A stretch of 64,000 nucleotides of DNA from Thainema sp. (GTDB taxonomy: Bacteria > Cyanobacteriota > Cyanobacteriia > Phormidesmidales > Phormidesmidaceae). The notes under the pieces are model-generated. The model saw nothing but the letters and a program-made list of their open reading frames with translations, had not been told where the DNA came from and did no database searches. Positions 60,659-64,000 of the stretch are shown in pieces (the first letter of the stretch is position 1; every line of letters begins with the position of its first letter). Where the stretch lies: positions 63,073 through 127,072 of the forward strand of contig JBQLZK010000013.1 in the NCBI GenBank assembly GCA_052168235.1. Direction: 5' to 3'. A program made the translations under genes and the position numbers.

Positions 60659-61382
60659 GCTTGGCTCCAGCAATACACGTCACGGGCAGCCTGCAGCAAT
60701 TTCGACAAAGGCACTATAGTTGGTGTACTTTAAATCCACTACACTCTAAACTTGGCTATCCAAATTTAAACTTTTGCTTCCAAATAGCAATCAAATTCTT
60801 TATCAAAATGCAATTACCAGCTGAGAAACTCAGGGATTTTGAGCCTGATGTAGATTAGCTTTGGTTTTCTGCTGAAATTAGCTGATTACAACTAAGTTCA
60901 TGACCTTACTCGACTTGACCGCTCCCTTCTTAGAAAGTTGCGTTAATCTAATCGGCAACAGCCCTGGATCCTCTTTAAATCCAGGTTAAGGGGTAAGATA
61001 GCTATCCCAACTGCGATCGCAGTTGGGCTGGACAGTTCCAGGTGAGCGGATGGCAGCTAAGCAGCATGAGCGAGTCACCTGTCTCATCCTGGGTCACCGC
61101 AGATCTCCGGGTGGGTCGGCAACCGCAGTATTGCGGAGCTTTTTTATCACTCAAACTCAGAGTTTATGAGTGTCTGCTACTTATCCGAACTATTTATTCG
61201 ACTTAATGCTTGATTTCGCTTAATATCGGTTTCGGTCTATTCCAATCAACATCAAAATTCCCTCAAATCCCCCTAACGTTCCCCTGTTCAATGGCATCGA
61301 CGCGACCCGAAGTGCTGCACGTTACTTCGAGGTTTCTGGCAAAAGGTTACGCACGCATCAATTCAGGCAAGAGAGGTCAATT

Positions 61383-62771
61383 GTGGAAATCGTCTTAGCA
61401 GATCTATGGAATCAAGTCCTCGATCGGCTTCAGCTACAGTTGAGCCGTCCGACGTTTGAGACTTGGATCAAGACTGCTAATGCTCAGCAGTTAGAAGACG
61501 GCTGTCTGATGATTTGTACGCCCAATCCCTTTGCCCGCAATTGGCTACAGAAGTACTACATCAAAACCATTGCCGATACCGTCCAGGACATCTTGGGACA
61601 TCCAGTTGATATTCAAATCACCGTAGCTCAAGACGGAGAAACCCCAACCAATCTAGGGGAGTCTGATTTGTCCTGGCCAGTGCCCATTGCACCACCACCA
61701 CCGACAGCAGCCGATTCATCTCAAAATTCTCAAACCCGCCATAGCGATCTAAATCCGAAATATGTGTTCTCGCGCTTTGTCGTCGGGGCCAACAACCGCA
61801 TGGCTCACGCAGCTTCTCTGGCAGTGGCGGAGTCGCCGGGACGCGAGTTTAATCCCCTATTCCTGTGTGGCGGCGTTGGATTGGGTAAAACCCACCTAAT
61901 GCAGGCTATTGGGCACTATCGGCTAGAAATTGATCCCAATGCGCGTATTTTTTACGTATCAACCGAGCAGTTTACGAACGACCTGATTGCTGCAATCCGT
62001 AAAGACAGCATGCAAAAATTTCGGGAGCACTACCGGATGGTAGATGTGCTGCTGGTGGACGATATTCAGTTTATTGAAGGAAAAGAATACACGCAGGAAG
62101 AGTTTTTCCATACCTTTAATACGCTGCATGAAGCGGGCAAGCAGGTGGTGTTAGCCTCTGATCGTCCCCCCACCCAGATTCCTCGGCTACAGGAACGGCT
62201 CTGCTCTCGCTTTTCGATGGGGCTGATTGCTGATATTCAGCCACCGGATCTGGAAACCCGCATGGCGATTTTGCAGAAGAAAGCAGAGTACGAAAACATG
62301 CGTCTACCACGTGAGGTGATTGAGTATATTGCCTCTACGTATACGTCTAACATTCGAGAACTAGAGGGAGCGCTGATTCGAGCTGTTGCCTATATTTCGA
62401 TCTCAGGGCTACCGATGTCAGTGGATAATATTGCCCCCGTCCTCAATCCTTCCACTGAAAAGGCGGAAGTTTCACCAACTTCCGTGCTACGGGCTGTATC
62501 GGAAACCTTCAACATACCGATCGAAGACCTAAAAGGCAATTCACGCCGTCGTGAAATCAGCTTGGCTCGCCAAGTCGGCATGTACCTAATGCGGCAACAC
62601 ACGGATTTAAGTTTGCCCAAGATTGGTGAAGAGTTCGGTGGCAAAGACCATACAACGGTGATGTATAGTTGCGACAAAATCATGCAGTTGAAAGATACCG
62701 ATTCGGAACTGGCGATGACGTTACGCCAGCTCACCGATCGCATGAATCTGATGGGGCAACCGGATGCTTAG
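61383..62771 (+). CDS. dnaA: Chromosomal replication initiator DnaA
   Basis: [47 protein letters not shown] and FGGKDHTTV. Confidence 0.99.
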   Translation: MEIVLADLWNQVLDRLQLQLSRPTFETWIKTANAQQLEDGCLMICTPNPFARNWLQKYYIKTIADTVQDILGHPVDIQITVAQDGETPTNLGESDLSWPVPIAPPPPTAADSSQNSQTRHSDLNPKYVFSRFVVGANNRMAHAASLAVAESPGREFNPLFLCGGVGLGKTHLMQAIGHYRLEIDPNARIFYVSTEQFTNDLIAAIRKDSMQKFREHYRMVDVLLVDDIQFIEGKEYTQEEFFHTFNTLHEAGKQVVLASDRPPTQIPRLQERLCSRFSMGLIADIQPPDLETRMAILQKKAEYENMRLPREVIEYIASTYTSNIRELEGALIRAVAYISISGLPMSVDNIAPVLNPSTEKAEVSPTSVLRAVSETFNIPIEDLKGNSRRREISLARQVGMYLMRQHTDLSLPKIGEEFGGKDHTTVMYSCDKIMQLKDTDSELAMTLRQLTDRMNLMGQPDA

Positions 62772-63392
62772 TTCGTGATCTGCGTTACGGCTAGCAATGC
62801 GATCGCATCACGCCAATTTCCTCCGTAGATCAACTGATGCCGCCCGTTTTATCACGTTTCAGCTTCAGCAATATCACGTTGGCTACCTGCCTTCTGTCAC
62901 GTCACACGACGCCGTATCACGCGACACTGTAGAAGGTTACAGCAGTCCGCTAAATACTGAACGAACTGAAAAATGAACGTAAAACCGGCTTATGCCCCAC
63001 CAGCAACACCCGAAGGCGACGAGATGTGTAGATTGTTGTCAGGCCAAAAACTGCGAACAGTGCAAGATCGAGTCAAGCATAGAGTAGCCACCCATGCTGA
63101 TACCTGCATGAGCGAACTCCTAACGATTGAGCTGATGATGCGTCCAGCCTAAAGATCCTTAAAACATTACAAAATCAGTACATTAGTAGATACCGGGGCG
63201 GTTGCGAGACGTTAAGATTCCGTTATGATACGTTGCAGCGTATTCATTTATATGAATTGCTGGACAAGAGGAGGGAATCTACGCCCTGTCTAGGGACAGC
63301 TAAGAGATTAGAATAGGGCTGGATCGCAACCTTAAAAATCAAGTTTCGTTAAGTTTTTCATATAAACGTAGCCGCTCATAGCCATAACAATC

Positions 63393-63689
63393 ATGTCAAT
63401 TACCATCGACAATTTTAAGCAGCAAAACGACTCAGTCGCGGAATCACCCGCCGATATAGCTCATTCAACGACGATGTATCTATGCTGTTACGTCAATGCC
63501 ACGAGCCAAATTCAGGTCGCTCGGATCGCAAACGTCCCACAGTGGTACTTTGAGCGCGTAGTGTTTCCTGGACAGCGGCTAATGTTTGAAGCTCCCTTAG
63601 ATGCACGGTTAGAAGTGCATACTGGACAAGCATCTCAAGCGATCCTAGCCGACACCATTTTGTGCGATCGCTTACGAGTCGAAGCCTAG
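63393..63689 (+). CDS. DUF1830 domain protein
   Basis: CCYVNATSQIQVARIAN...WYFERVVFPGQRLMFEAP..A.LEVH. Confidence 0.85.
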   Translation: MSITIDNFKQQNDSVAESPADIAHSTTMYLCCYVNATSQIQVARIANVPQWYFERVVFPGQRLMFEAPLDARLEVHTGQASQAILADTILCDRLRVEA

Positions 63690-64000
63690 ACAATAATTTA
63701 GTTGCGATTATTAGTAAACAGGCCACAAGGTGAAGCACTCCCTGCCTCGCTTTGTGGCCTGCTTATTTTGGGTGTTCGCCAAGGTTACAGAGACTAGCCG
63801 AACTCCTTTTTGCTCATGCAAGGGAAACCTGACTTGTCAGATAAGAGGGGAACAGAAAAGTTCAGGTTCCACCTCAAATAGTGAAATAATGTGCGATCGC
63901 AACATCAGAAGCCTTAAATCGACTTTTACTTGTATCTAAACCTCTAAGGGAGCACGTCATCCGCTGAGGAGATGAAAATATAATGGAGTGAGTGCCCTTA

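Noticed and set aside
61381..61391. TGTGGAAAT as a DnaA box over the dnaA start codon
   Set aside because: A single box with a mismatch, fully explained by the coding sequence GTG-GAA-ATC.
62807..62921. CRISPR-like reading of the spaced repeats downstream of dnaA
   Set aside because: The conserved unit is only 6 bp with 14-17 bp spacers, and there are no cas genes. It is not a CRISPR array, and none was seen elsewhere in the window.
138..63939. Most 60-220 aa ORFs overlapping the called genes or spanning repeats (e.g. 138-536, 3866-4081, 7207-7473, 45628-45840, 49949-50620, 52301-52507, 63730-63939)
   Set aside because: They are antisense or out-of-frame shadows or repeat-derived, with no motifs or protein-like composition.
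1..64000. Very frequent GCGATCGC (often TGCGATCGCA)
   Set aside because: This is the well-known cyanobacterial HIP1 octamer. It is useful for taxonomy but not novel.

Overview
This is a chromosomal window from a cyanobacterium. The HIP1 octamer GCGATCGC is abundant, and pucC, an HCP, ycf37, gifA, a KaiB-like gene and a cyanobacterial-type icd are present; the gene content suggests a filamentous Leptolyngbya-like strain, which is an inference. It holds about 46 CDS, mostly housekeeping (ilvB, dxs, lptB/lptF, rpmI-rplT, glgA, tal, icd, dnaA) or signalling and cell-envelope genes, plus tRNA-Arg(UCU) and tRNA-Ala(CGC). No transposase, integrase, phage gene or CRISPR array was seen. The unusual signal is mainly non-coding or small: (1) about 90-100 bp TA-bounded MITE-like frames that carry an interchangeable GTAG-REP-like hairpin, with compensatory changes and loop inversion; (2) many unrelated perfect 16-28 bp palindromes; (3) a 22-bp-phased ATCACG array just downstream of dnaA, with no dnaN and no canonical DnaA boxes seen; (4) a structured, terminated segment upstream of dnaA; (5) a signalling cluster of a pseudo-receiver adenylate cyclase, NtcA-boxed gifA, an orphan KaiB-like gene, a pseudo-receiver GAF kinase and CYTH; (6) an unannotated 27-aa membrane microprotein ORF. 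All calls were made by eye from sequence and motif recognition; no database searches or folding programs were run.
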